From assembly GCA_018398765.1 (NCBI GenBank), contig JAHBMJ010000075.1, positions 1 to 58,402 on the forward strand: 58,402 nucleotides of DNA, written 5' to 3'. The first letter of the stretch is position 1. Each line of letters begins with the position of its first letter. The notes beneath the pieces were generated by a model. That model was not told where the DNA came from. It did no database searches and worked only from the letters and a program-made list of their open reading frames with translations. Source of the stretch: Chromera velia (Eukaryota). The translations under genes were made by a program, and so were the position numbers. This document shows, in pieces, positions 26,146 to 39,153 of this stretch.

Positions 26146-26705
26146 GAGCTGCCAGGCTTTTGGAGGGATTCTCTGCTAAAAGCATTGGAGGACCTCACAG
26201 AAGAGTACGAAGAACTCACAGAGGCCATCTCTATGTACATCGTTCACTCTTACTTCCATTGACACAGCAAGACCATCACCAGGACTCAATAGGAGGCCGT
26301 AAGGCTAGAGCAGAGCTTCTGAATCATAAATACGAAGGAGAAGATGGAAAGCTTATGGGTGCTGTCAAGGGACATGATGTATGAGAGAGCTACAGAGGCT
26401 TTCGGACAGCCTTGCGCCTCCATGTCGATTCATTGTCGAAGCTGAGAGTTGTCAAACTTCAAAACGTTAAGCTGCTAGGAACTCAGAGAGAGTCCTTGCT
26501 CAAGCCTGGCATTGGAGGACCTGAAGGCCGAACATGAAGAACTGAAGGAGGCGATCTCAATACATATAGTACGTTCCTACTTCCATCGACACAACAAGAC
26601 CATCATCAGGACTCAATGAGAGGCCACGAGGCTAGCTAAAGCTGCAGAGCTTCACAGATGTGAAGGAGAAAGTGGAGAGCTAGTGGGTGCTATCAAGAGA
26701 TGTGA
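26146..26705 (+). pseudogene. Two diverged tandem copies of a decayed coding segment
   Basis: ALEDLTEEYEELTEAISMYIVHSYFH*HSKTITRTQ*EA (~26182) versus ALEDLKAEHEELKEAISIHIVRSYFHRHNKTIIRTQ*EA (~26509); in-frame stops in both. Confidence 0.45.
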
Positions 26706-27349
26706 TATATATACTAAAGCTTTCTTAGCTTCCGTGCAGTATGCTTTGAAAATGCTTCGACTGTCATTATTTAATCTCCTCTTCGTTGCATGATCAAGTC
26801 TCATGTTAACCTATCATGATCATGATTAATTTTTGATCTATTTTTGTCTTTAAATTAATAGAAACTATAATGGTTCTACATGCTTCTGTTTAAAACAACA
26901 CTAGTGCACCATACTGTATGTGTGTTAGTGCGCGCAAAGAAAGAGTGGGTGTGAAGGGTGTGTGGGATACATAATGAATTAGCGCCCTACGCCATGCATT
27001 ACCGAAGGGGTGCAGTATTCAATTTACCTTTCAAGTCCAACCTGCAGCACGTGATCGGGTCGCCGCCCAATTGATATAAGTCGACTTTCAGAGTGGCAGC
27101 TTGTAAGAAAACGGCTCAGTCTTTTCGAGCCTGTCTTGATGAATGATGCATGTATGAACACTATTCTCCTATGCTGAATCGGGGTAGATGGATACTCGTT
27201 GAGGCTAGGCCATATCGGGAGGAGGCTAGCTAGGAGGTAGTATCCGCTCTTGTCAATGCTAGTGTCAGTGAAGCATTGAGGCTAGGTGACATTCGTATCT
27301 TTCGTTCCTCTTCTGGAGGTTCGCTGTTTAAAAATACCTAACAACTCTA

Positions 27350-27642
27350 CAAAAAATGTTAGAAAAGTGATAGAAAAGTTGTTAGAAAAGTGATAGAAAA
27401 CTGATGGGAAAGTGATAGAAAACTGATAAAAAAATAATAGAAATTAATGTTAGAAAAGTTGTTAGAAAAGTGATAGAAAATTGATAGAAAATTGATAGAA
27501 AAGTGATAGAAAACTGATAAAAATTTGGACTCCTAATTTCTATTACTTTTCTATTAGTTTTCTATCATTTTTGAACGACTTTTCTATCACTTTTCTAACA
27601 ACTTTTCTAACAACTTTTCTATCACTTTTCTAATATTTTTTG
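27350..27642. mobile_element. Foldback-like element with internally repetitive inverted arms
   Basis: Left arm is built of TGATAGAAAAG/TGTTAGAAAAG units; right arm is built of their reverse complements. Confidence 0.55.
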
Positions 27643-28094
27643 CAAGGAATATAAACCTGATAAAGGTTTAGGAGCCTACTTAATGAACTTAAACTATGCT
27701 CACCACTTTTATTTCAGACTCAGACCACGTCCCATGGCCCGTTATGGGCCTTAACTTATGGCCCGCCTGGAATCTCTTCCAGACCGTTTTTATTAGACTT
27801 TTCAACCAACTTTTTTATTGCACACATGCGCTTTAAGCCTTTATATATGATGTGCTTTACATATTACGTTTCTTTTTTAACTAAAAAAGGCATGATCGTC
27901 GATTTATTATCACTCGTATGATAAGATCAAGATCAAAAACCTCTTCATAACTGCTTTCTTGCTGACAAGCTTGCTGACTTGACAAACGGGGCTGGGACGT
28001 GCTATGAACTAATTACATCCTAAATTACATTATACATAGCTTGGTGCCAATATACAGTCATATATAACATCTCTATTCATTCATCTTTTGAATC

Positions 28095-28345
28095 TTTAGA
28101 CACAGCTGCGATTCTTCAGACACCTGTATGCAGCTGCATGCGATTCTTTAGACACCTGCATGCGGCGCTGCCTTTCAAGACACCGCCCGTGCCTGCGGCG
28201 CAGCTGGTCAAGACACTGCCCACGCCTGCGGCGCTGCGGCGCTGCCTTTCAAGACACCGCCCACGCCTGCGGCACGGCCGGTCAAGATACTGCCTACGCC
28301 TGCGGCGCGGGCCTTCAAGATACTATCCACGCCTGCAGCACGGAC
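28095..28345 (+). repeat. GC-rich ~33-40-bp minisatellite
   Basis: TCAAGA(C/T)AC.GCC.ACGCCTGCGGC units. Confidence 0.7.
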
Positions 28346-28891
28346 GTTCAAACCTATCTAAAACTGCGTCCCCACCATTCAACTGGATCTTAGGTTCAGG
28401 GAGGTACTATGAACACCCAAACCCACATGCATACAATATCACCTCTGAAAGATCTAAAGGTTCACGTCGAGCCGTACAATACCATGTTCACCCCCCCCCC
28501 CTCCTGTTATTGCCCACGCACTCCATAGTCTTGCATGTCGCGACCAGGGCTTTTCCGCGCGCACGCATGAATTGCGAGCGCAAAGAAGGTTTTTTTTTTT
28601 TTAATTCCTATATGCGAGTGTACATGCATGCATGCATTCACGTACGCCTGCGCGATGAGCATTGTAAGCTGGTTCTGAGAAAGACGAAGCTTTGCAGATA
28701 TAGACGACGCTATTCTGCCACACCAGACCAAAAGCAGCCTTTCGTGTGTCTTCTGTGTTGTTCGGCTCGCCTGAAGCACGATACAGACCTGTTGTACCCT
28801 CGTACACCAATCTTCAGTGTGCACAACAGTGTGCGTGCATTGCCTTCTGCTGTCAGCTAGGGGCCCCTGTCTTGGAAATCGTTGACGAAGG

Positions 28892-31800
28892 ATGGAGGAT
28901 CAAGGCGACGAGATCGAGTTTCCGGATCTCTCGGAGATGACAGAGAACTTTGAGCCAAGCAAGTTTACACAGGCTCTGCAACAGGTGACAGATGCGATGA
29001 AGGCGATAGTTGAAAAGAACACTTCGTTGAAAGAGGGAATAGATGAGTTGAAAGGACAAATGGAAGAGGCAAATGGAAAGCTGCAAGAGCTCTCCGAAGG
29101 AACCGTACCAGCTGAGGAGTTTGAGAAGTTGGACGGTCAAGTCAAAGAGGTCACCAACCTCGGACTCGCAGGCAGAGTGGAACAGTTGGAACAGAGAGAG
29201 GCTGACATGCAAGCAACAGCTGAGAAGTTGGAAGAGATGAACAACACCCTCCAAAAACACTCTGAAGACCAAGCAGAGATCATTGGAGATGCAAAGAAGG
29301 CAAAGGACATGGCGTTGGAGCTAGAGAGCAGAATGGATTCCTTGAAGGGCAGTTGGAATGCTGAGCATGAGGTCATTATGCAATTCGGTGAGAAGGCAAA
29401 AGAGATGGAGGACCAGATGGAGTCCCTAAAGGGGTCCCAAGACAAGCTTCACGAGGCCCTGGAGGAGAAGTCTTCCTCTTTATGGCAGCAGGTGCTTGAC
29501 GCACTAATGTCACAGGACTTTCAGGAGGTCCAGAAAGTTGCAGACTCCATGAAGCTGCAGGTCGACAAGAGTGAGGAGAAACTCGACAACCTGGTCACAT
29601 ACTCACAAGTCGCGTTGGCTGAAGCAGCCCACCTCCGAAACAGAATGTCCTTCGTCCGAGACCTCTTTTACGCATGGAGAGCGGTACGTCGCTTTTTTGT
29701 ACAAGGGGGGGGAGGGGCACCGTTGAAAAATCGAGGGAGTATTTTCAGAGAACCAGAGAAAGATTTTGTGGGCAGGGGATAGAAGAGAGGACACCGTGAA
29801 AGAAGAAAGTCACATGTGAGGAAGCAATGTGAAAAGAACATGGAAAAAAGAGAAGTCTTTCCAGAAAATCAGACAGGAAGCAAGCTCGTACAAAGGCTCT
29901 GTGACGTCTCGTTTTTAGTGCAGTGACGTCTCGCTTTTAGTGCAGTGACGTCTCGTTTTTAGTGCAGTCACAAGGGAGAAGAGAAAAGGCATACAACACA
30001 ACCAAACCCACTTGCCTGAAATGGACACCAGAGAACGGAAGCGTATTGCAAGAAGCGTACAGACTTATATCGTGAACTTATACAAAGGATCGAAACAGAT
30101 GTGCATAGAGACCTTGCTGGGTGTTATCGACACTCCTCCCTGTCTTCCTGTCTACTCCGCAGGATGTGTGGAGGTCACGCCGTCTCTGGCGAGCGATGGT
30201 GCGTCTCGACTTCATCTACCACAGGAGGGAGCGATCTGCATTGCACCTATGGAGGCGGAACGTGACGAGACAGGCGTTGTTTGAGAGCCTGACCGAGCAG
30301 TTCGAGAAGGTGACCCCAGACGTGCGGTCCCTCTTCAGAGACGTCTTCGCAGACAAAATGGACTACCTGGAGGTCGGCATGCTTCGTGGGCGTGGGGACG
30401 AAAGGGCTGGAGGAGAGGGGAAAATTGATTCAAGACGAGGACTTTCCCTGCGTATATCTGCCAGTTTCTCTGTACGCACTTCTACCCAGGAAGAGAAAAT
30501 GCAGAAGTGTCCGTGTGAATGACTAGAATGGAAATGAGAAAGTTCTTTGATTCTGTCCTTGGCATCATCTACTCTGGAGCTTTCTCAATCTGATTCCAGG
30601 GGTGGGTGGTTGATTGAAAGAATGGGTGTCGGTAGCTTTGAATCCAACATACATTCCCATGCAAACTCGAAACCTCAATTATGGATGCTGGTCTTCTGCT
30701 ACGTCGTCTTGCAGAACAAAATCGAGGGACTGTCAGCAAATGCAGTCACAAAGGAAACCATGAAGCAGGACATCTCAGGTAAGTAGAGGCAGGGAAGAAA
30801 CGAGGGTGGCTGTATCTTACTATGTCTGCTTTCTCCTTCGCCAGGCTGCCGCACTCTCCTCTTCTCTCCCGCGAGGGCCCCCACTTGTACTTCATTCTTT
30901 GATGAAACCTGACAGACAGCAGGGAGGGAGGGAGATGATCTTTCTTTCTGTCCATACTTCTTTCTGTGGCAGGGACAGACAAATTGCTCGTCCTCCCTCA
31001 GTTTCTCGCAAATCCGTTTCTCCACTTTGGTTGTTGCATCTGTCTATTCGCCCTCTCCTCTTTCCGATGATGTTTCGAAGTCATTTGCACAAGAATGACC
31101 CACAGCGAAGGAGCCCTCTTTCCCCTTTTCTCTCTCTGAGCAGCCGCCGAGGGGTCCCTTCTGTCCACCCTGGAGGGCATTCGGGTCCGTCCTTTGTGGT
31201 TTTCCTTCTTGCTGGTTGGATGATTGGTTGCGTGAATCAACTGGAGAGGGGGGGACGGAGAGAGGGAGTTGGTGTTTGAATCGCTGAAGTAGTAATTGGG
31301 GAGCAGAAAGTCCCCGAGTGGTGTGAGCTGAAGAATGCCATGCAGAGAGATTCTTGGAAGACACTTTTCGAAGCAACAGAAGAAATGAGGAGAACCGGGG
31401 TGCAAGGAGGGAAGGGGAATGAGTTATGGCAACAAGACTAAACAGAAATTATGCATTTGATGAAAAGACAGACAAAAACAAAGAAATGCGGAGAGAGAAA
31501 ATTTCATGTTGTCTGTTCCCGACAGCACACTTCGTCTGCTGGCCAGAGGGAAATCAGAGAAAACAGAAATGGTTATTTACCATCGTTAATACAGACAAGG
31601 ACAAGCTTGCAGTCTGGAGGCATCACAAACGATCCTAATGACGCAATGACGATAAGTTCATTCCAAACAAGTATGGGAAACACAATCGTCTCCACAAAAA
31701 GATCTCCAAAGTAGTCACCCTCTCCCCCTCTCTCTCTCCTTGTTCTTCTTCTTCTTCTTCTTCTTCTTCTTGTTCTTCTTCTTCTTCTTCTTCTTCTTCT

Positions 31801-34800
31801 TCTTCTTCTTCTTTTTCTTCTTCTTTTTCTTCTTCTTTTTCTTCTTCTTTTTCGTCTTCTTCTTCTTCTTCTTCTTCTTTTTGTTCTTCCCCTCACCCGA
31901 AATGCCTGCAGTCCAAGACGGAGTTCTTCCTCAGATGCCAAGAGGGGCTCCAATCGGTCAGTCAGTCGGTAACCTCACTCACGCAGTTGGTCGGCTGGCC
32001 TGCTGGTTGGTAGGTAGGTAGGTTGGTCGCTGCAGCGGTGAGTCAGTAAGGAGCTCAGTCTAATTGCACGGTTGCGGTGAGCGGTGCTTTCAAATGCGCT
32101 TAGGCGTCCTGATTGGAATTTCCCTGCGAACTCGAAAAAAACATAAACGTACTTGTGGGACTTTTGGACCAACGTTAGACAAAGTGACTAAACAAGACTT
32201 GATGCACATCGCTGTGACAAGACAAACGACAATGAATCTTTGTTTCCTCTGATCCGTCCTTTTGCAAATAAATGAACAATGCAGATGGAGGAGCAGCTAG
32301 CAGAAAGCGACCGAGGACTTTCGAACATCAGAGAGCCCCTGACGACAGCTGAGGACACGCTGCAGGCAGTAAGAGTCCAACTCAGAGGAACTGCGAATGA
32401 CGGTCAGTTCTTCTGAGACAGCAGGGGTGGGGGAAGGGGTGCGATCGAGAGAGTTTCCCTTCCCTTCCCGCTAGCTGTGCATGTACACATGGAGTCCAAG
32501 CTCTCTCGAATGCAAAGCATACTGCTCCACGATTATGGTCAGATTCGCTTCCCGTTGTACTTCCTGACTTCTCTCTCTCTTCGAAGCAAAACTCTGCATG
32601 ATCGAGTTCCAGGAATGTACACGTATGTTGAAGCTCCTACTTGGTGTCTCTCTGCCCAGTTGAACCTCTCCTCCCCCTCCTATTTGTTCGTGTCCCTCTT
32701 TGCAGAGGAGTTCAAGGCCATGTTGAAGGACGTTCTCCTTCTCTGGACAAGCTTGAAGCAACTCGACTCTGCCAAGGCAGACAAGAAGGAGCTCGACGCA
32801 TTCGCAGGCCTCACGGAGGAGAAGGACAAGGTCGGTGGGTTTACTGCATGCAGGGTCTGCAGATGTTCAGATGCATGCACTTACTCAAAACGAAACCAGG
32901 AGAGCGATAGGCGCACAGCAGACCAGAAATTGAGGGATGCAAGTAGTCAGGAGTGCATACGCACATCACAAAAATCTTATCTTCTGGCAGATTAAATCTG
33001 TCCCTTACGGCATCTTGGGTCATCTCGTCTGACGCTGCGTCTGTTTTATCTTTTGATTCATTTTGATCCTCCTTTGTCATCTCTCTTGAGTTTGTTCTCA
33101 GGTTCTCGAGAGACAGCTAGAGATCCTCACCGAAAAGGGAGCGCGCGCTGAGGTCGGTCACCAAATAGAACAGGCACGCAGGCAGGCAGGCACGTAGCGT
33201 GATATTCCTTCCCTCGTCTTGAAAGCAAGAGTCCCCTGTTTGTTTGAAAGTTAAGACTTTATTTATTGTATGTCCTTCTTCCTCCGGAGCCTGTACTGTT
33301 TGCCCTTTGGACGGACAACAGCGTGGATCTGATCTGCGTTGATCGCAGTCTCTCTGTCTTTCCCTTTCTGTGCGAATGAATCTGTCATTCAATCGGAGGG
33401 AGAGATTCGGGTTCTCCTTTCCCTCCCGTCGTGTTCTTCCGGCTCCTCTTTGGTTGGTGTGGCTGCATTGTCATGTCGTTCGTTGTCCTGTCTGTCTTGT
33501 CTGTCTTTCTGTCTATCATTGAGAAAAGGAGGGAGAAGAAGGAGCATGCAGTCTGTCTCTCTGATCACCGGTCGCCTATTTTCTTTTTTCTTCCCCTCTA
33601 TCTATGTGTGCAGACCGCCCAAGGAGAGTCCTCCCAACTGATCGACAGGGTCTCCTCTGCAGAGGAAAAGTCCAGAAAGATGCAACAGAAAATCAGACTC
33701 CTCAACCACCTCCTTAGGTCAGTCAGCGAGACAACAAAGGGGATACTGGCCTAACTTTGCCTGTGAATTTGATGACGTCACTTACGGACTGTGTGTTAAT
33801 TAGGTGTCGAGTTCTCTCGCGGAGTGTGTGGGGCGATGATGAAGTGGAAGGGGGCGGCTCTCTAAGCAGGTGCCGACAGGAAAGGAAAAGAATTCTTTTT
33901 TTCAAGGATCTGCGGGGGGTCTTTCCGTTGCCTTCTGTGCGATTCCTCGTTTCCCTTTGTTTTTCTCTCCTTTCCTTTTCCTCGAACGCGTGCAAGCAAA
34001 ACCTGAAAACATTTTATTTTGCACGCTCAATCTGATTGCAGCTCGATGCTCTTCTTCCTGGAGGAGCTCATTCAAGCTTCTTCAAACGGAAGTCTTGCAA
34101 ACGCACCGGTTGGTTGATCAGGGACTGATGCGAAACGTATCACAAACCCGCAGTATTGAATTGGGTTCGTCTTCAGAGCTTCTTCTGTACTTTAGAGAAG
34201 GAAGTCCTGCAGCTTCACTCTCTTTCTTCTTTTCTGTTGCATGATTGAGGATCTCCTCTATCTGGCCTAAAATCAAAATCTTTTTTCATCCCTCTCTGTA
34301 TGCAGGTGGTTCCTCTGTTCAAGAAGGTCGCCGAGCAGATGGACAGAGTAACTGCAGACCTGAGAGCATCAGGGTCGGGGGAGGGGGGGGCAGCTGAAGG
34401 AGGGAGGGACCCTGATGCAGAGTTAGTCTGTCTGTCTGTCAGGCAGTCAGTCAGTGGGTAGGCAGGCAGGCAGGCAGGCAGCGACAAAAATGTCGAAAGG
34501 AGTCTGGGCGAAAGCGGGAGAGGAGGCGAGCAAATAAAGACACGACAAAGTAGAGGGGGCAGGGAGAACGGGCCTTCCGTTCCTAGGCGTGCCATTGACT
34601 AGTCTCTTTCTTTTCTGTCTTTCTCTCTCTCTCTCTCGCACACACACATGCAAACACACACGCGCGCGTGCTTCTGCATAGCTTGAGAATTCTCTCTTCA
34701 TATATTCTTCCTGTGGCATCTTTCCTCCCTCCCATGCTTTCATTCTCCTGATGCATGCGCGCGGTCTGAGGCAGCCGATTTACAATGATCTCTATCTTTT

Positions 34801-35642
34801 CACTCTGGATTCTCTTTTCTGACTCTCTCTCTCTCTCTTTCTCTCTCTCTGTCTGTCTATCTCTGCCTGTGCTTCTGTTTGCAGTCTGGCTGACTCGATC
34901 GTAGCGATGGAGGGGTGGATAGACAAGATTAAAGGATCAGCTAGTCAGTCGGCAAAGAAGAAGCTAGAGGGCAGGAGAGGGCGTGATGTTGTAGTGCCAC
35001 AACTGAAGGGATTTGAGCAGGAAAAAGTGTGTGTTTGATGGTTTCTTCCTTTGGTCTTCCTTCACATACAAAAAGAGGGATATACTTTAATGAAGCCAAA
35101 TCTCCTCTTTGTGTAATCCTTCTCCTCACATTTGGTGGATCGATTCCTTCAATTTTCTCTCTCGTACATCAACTGCTATTTCTTCGTAGGGATATCTAAA
35201 GAAAACAACCAGTAGGAGTGAATTATTTTTTCAGTTTCTTAACCTTCCGTGCTTTCTCTGCAGGCGGAGGCGCCTAATTGAGGGCTTCAGCAGCCCCCCC
35301 TGCCTCTGCAGAGGAGGCCACGAACATCAGGTTCCAGGGGAGTCAGTGCGTTCTAGGGTTGGGAGGGTGTACGGGGAGAGGAGGAAAAGGGGGAGGGAGG
35401 GGGTTAGTTGGATCTCCTCAGTTGGCGGGAGCTGGATTCCAGGCCGATGGGGGGACAGCGGGGGTGAGTCTGAACGGGAAGGGGTACGGATACGGATCAA
35501 CAAGGCTGCCGACGATCTCTCTTCAAGCGAGACGTCGGCAAAACTAAGTGGTTTGTTTAGAGCTGCATGGGCTTCTTCCCTGAGTCTTCTGTGTATAATG
35601 GTGGAAGAGACGGTTACGGAGGTGCTCTGGCATAGGGAGTAG
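28892..35642 (+). CDS. Multi-exon coiled-coil protein of unknown function (3' end uncertain)
   Basis: Exons 28892-29683, 30163-30372, 30715-30778, ~31290-31399 (acceptor uncertain), 31912-31956, 32285-32402, 32706-32830, 33102-33152, 33614-33717, 34042-34108, 34306-34421, 34885-34943, then uncertain terminal exon(s) within 35190-35642. E/K/Q/L-rich heptads; KADKKEL motif. Confidence 0.7.
29901..29968 (+). repeat. 22-bp intronic tandem repeat x3
   Basis: GTGACGTCTCG(T/C)TTTTAGTGCA x3. Confidence 0.85.
31743..31880 (+). repeat. (CTT)n intronic microsatellite
   Basis: Directly visible. Confidence 0.9.
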
Positions 35643-36443
35643 AGATCGGAACATGGGGTGGTTGGGCTTTTATAGTCAAATACGAGCAGCATCTCTGTAT
35701 GGCGGTGTGTCTTTCGGTGAAAAGTCTTCTGGAGGGAGTCCAGGGCGTTTAACCATGCCAGATTTAAATTAATACAGAATTAACTTGAAGCTTGACTCAA
35801 TCTAAAGTGTGACGTTACGAAATTCTGAACCCGTATTTTTACTATTAATATACTATCAATTTATTTTTTTCTTTCTGTTTTTTTTTCATCTTATATTTTG
35901 TTTTTATATAGAGGCACTATCTATCGAATAAACAAACAAAACCTAGAAGAAAACAAATCAGGAAAAGTCTACCGGAACTTACCGGAACTCTACACTATGT
36001 TTCATACATTCTTTCGTCTTATTTTTTTTTTGTTCGTGTTAATGCATCTATGGTTTGTATATCTAGAGTTATTAATATTTATCAATGATAGTTAATGGTA
36101 ATCTATGTTTTAAGTCTTTAATTACTCTAAGTATATACAGCATTATCATAAGTATGTTCTAGCTTATCCTAGCTAGTGTCATCATATGGGTGATGCATTA
36201 TCATAATGTACTCCCGCTGCTGTACTTAGCTGTACTGAATATAAATAAAGCCTACTCTTTTTTTTTCTTTGGTCTCCTTTTTCTTACTTAGACTCTCTGA
36301 TCGAAATAAGTTGAAAGCTACTGCATACTACTGAAAGCTGTATTAATATACTGTAGGTCGAGTGTGGGATTAGACTGGCTGCAGGCCGCACGCGCGGAAT
36401 GATCGCCGCCGCACCGGAAAAAGAAAAAACGAAACTGCCTGCT

Positions 36444-36626
36444 CAATCCTTACAGGGCACTCACCCAAGCTGTGAGGTTGTGTGTCTCGCCGGCTTAAGC
36501 GATAAAACGTGGTCTCATATACAATTAAAGTGCGATCATCGTCGTTATATCGCTTAAGACGAGAGACTCAGAGAACAGTTCACCTGTGAGGCCCCATGAC
36601 TCAACAAAAACTCGCATAACACAACA
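36444..36626 (-). promoter_or_regulatory. Conserved upstream module, copy B (~245 bp before the sensor gene ATG, inverted)
   Basis: Reverse complement of the module at 5589-5736, with a longer central hairpin. Confidence 0.45.
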
Positions 36627-36869
36627 TCGCTCGAGTCGACCGGCAGGCGCGACGCAGGCATCGCCGAGCTTAGAGTTTGATCGCTTTAATTGCCCAGCAC
36701 TGTCACCATCTACTGAGACGACGCTTCTATAGGTGTCCTCTTTTGCAATTGTGAATTAGCATGGTAATTGAGGAGACTCTACTTGTGCGGCGGTGATTCG
36801 CCTTGCGCGAGGGCGTGGAGCTCCAGAAAGTTTGAAATTAAACTGGAGCACCAGACTGAATTAAAGAGG

Positions 36870-38460
36870 ATGGACATTCCGCCGCCGTCTCCGCTTCCAG
36901 TCTCAGGAGACATCAAGTCTGGGAGCCCAACACAGCACCAGAAGGACAAAGACGGCTCTCTCAACTCATGGCATGGGCACAAATTCACATCCCGAAGAGT
37001 CTTTGTGGCTTTCGGGATTCTGGAGGCAGTCGTCATCTCCCTTGCGATCGCCGCTCTATGGAACTTCAACCAGATCTACTTTCTCTCCGTGTTCATTCAG
37101 GTGGTCAGGGAGGTCATGGTCATCATGACGGCATACGGTCAGCCAGGACTGTACGGGGAGGATGGAATAGGCAACCGTACTGTCTTCTGAGCAGCCTGTA
37201 TTTGTCCATATGTCCGCCTCCAGTGAAAAGCCTCTCTGCCTTTTCGTGTCTCACTCTTCGGCGGCACTCTCTGTTTTCAAATAGCCCTCTTGGCGGGCGT
37301 CTGTGCATCCCCGCAATTTTATATTCTTTGTGCTTTGTTTGATTGTGGTGCTATCTTTGCTTTGTGGCTCTTGGAAGGCCAGCACGCAGATGACTGGGTG
37401 GACTTGCCGAGCCTTTTTCGACTGTGCAGTCGTGCGTGTCTGTGGCAAAAAAGAAACGGAGAAAGGGCAGTTCTGCGTGTGTAGATGCTCGTGAGTACTT
37501 ATGAATGTGCCTGTAAATGTGTGTGGGCATACAGACATCAAGATCAACCAGATGGGCTTCGGTTATCAGGGGATTGCGAACGGCCCCGACATGCGGTCTC
37601 TCTTGTCCACAATGACCAACCTCCAGGGAGGAGCGCCCCCTGTGGTACCTTCCCTGGCCCTCCACGGAGAGGGAGTGGGCGTAATGGGGCTGCAGGGGAA
37701 TGGGAGTAGGGAGGATGGAGGACCTGGTGCAGTCTCGGTTCCGGGTCTGATGCGCACAGCTGTAGGGGCACTGAGACTGGAGATTGACATGAGACAAATC
37801 GAGTTCTCATCTCTACTGGACGCAGATTGCCGCGTTGTTGCGAGCGGAAATGAAAAACAACAAGGTGAGAAGACCGAAGGAGAGATGAGAACAGCCAGTG
37901 AAGTCTTCGCGTTTGTTCGGACATCTTTGGGACAGACCTGGCGTCGCCTTTGCCGCGTGCTGTCTGGCTCTTTCTTCTTCCCTGTCACCTTGTCGGTCTC
38001 ACTATCACAAAATCTTTCGTTGAGTAGACCTCTTATCTCATCCCAAGCTTCCAATCTCTTCTCCATTTCTCTGTTTCTCTCCTTTCTGTTTCCCGTCTTT
38101 ATTTTGTAAGCGTTCCTCTGGTTTGACTGTAATCTGGTGAAGTCCGCATGCTTCTGGTGTACCTTCCCCCCCTCCCCCCCCCCCNCCCCCCCCCCCCCTC
38201 CTTTCTCTCTCTCCTTACACAGGCGAGGCGTGGGACGTGAACGGTCTGGCTGCTGAAGTGATTAGAGACCCGGGCAGGGGCCAGCTGAAGGCCACAGAGC
38301 TCCTCACATTGGAGGAGTACGAAAAGGAGGTCAGTGAAGGCGGGGGAGCTTTCCCTGGGGTGAGGGGTGGGCAGACAGAAACTTCAGACGACTCAGATCT
38401 GAAGTGTGTGTGCAGACAGAGATTCATTGGAATGACCAATGATGTCTGTTTGGGTCGGTG

Positions 38461-38491
<31 letters not shown>

Positions 38492-38499
38492 CCTCTCTT

Positions 38500-38536
<37 letters not shown>

Positions 38537-38539
38537 CTG

Positions 38540-38570
<31 letters not shown>

Positions 38571-39117
38571 GTGCGCGAGAGGGAGAGAGTGGTGCAATTT
38601 GTATTTATTCGGCAGCAGAACAGTCCTCCGAAATGTTCTTCTTCTTCGGGCAAAGTAAGGGAACCCATGTACACCAGACTGCTCTGAGCTCGATTGGTTG
38701 ATGTCTTTCATGCATGTGTTTGGTGTTGCATTGTGCCTGCCCCGCAGTCTCCTCCGGTTTGGTCCCAGAGATCCTCAGAGGCACTTCCCGCAGCTCCGAA
38801 CGCGTTTGCAGACAGGCAGCTCCCATACGGACTAATCAGGTCAGACAGACGAAACGTCTCTGAAGAACAAGAGCCCCTATTCCCTCTTTCAGATTTCTTC
38901 TGCTCTTGCACTGTAGCTCTTTTGGTCTTTGGCGCTCCCTTTTCACTTCTCTCTTTCGTTGCCTGTGTGAGTTCTTCTGGGCAGCGCCTCTCTCTCGCGC
39001 TTTCTTTCTTTTTTTCTTTCTTTCTTTCTTTCTTTCTTTTCTTTCTTTCTTTCTTTTTTTCTTTCTTTCTTTCTTTTTCTTTCTTTCTTTCTTTCTTTCT
39101 TTCTTTTTCTTTCTTTT

Positions 39118-39153
<36 letters not shown>

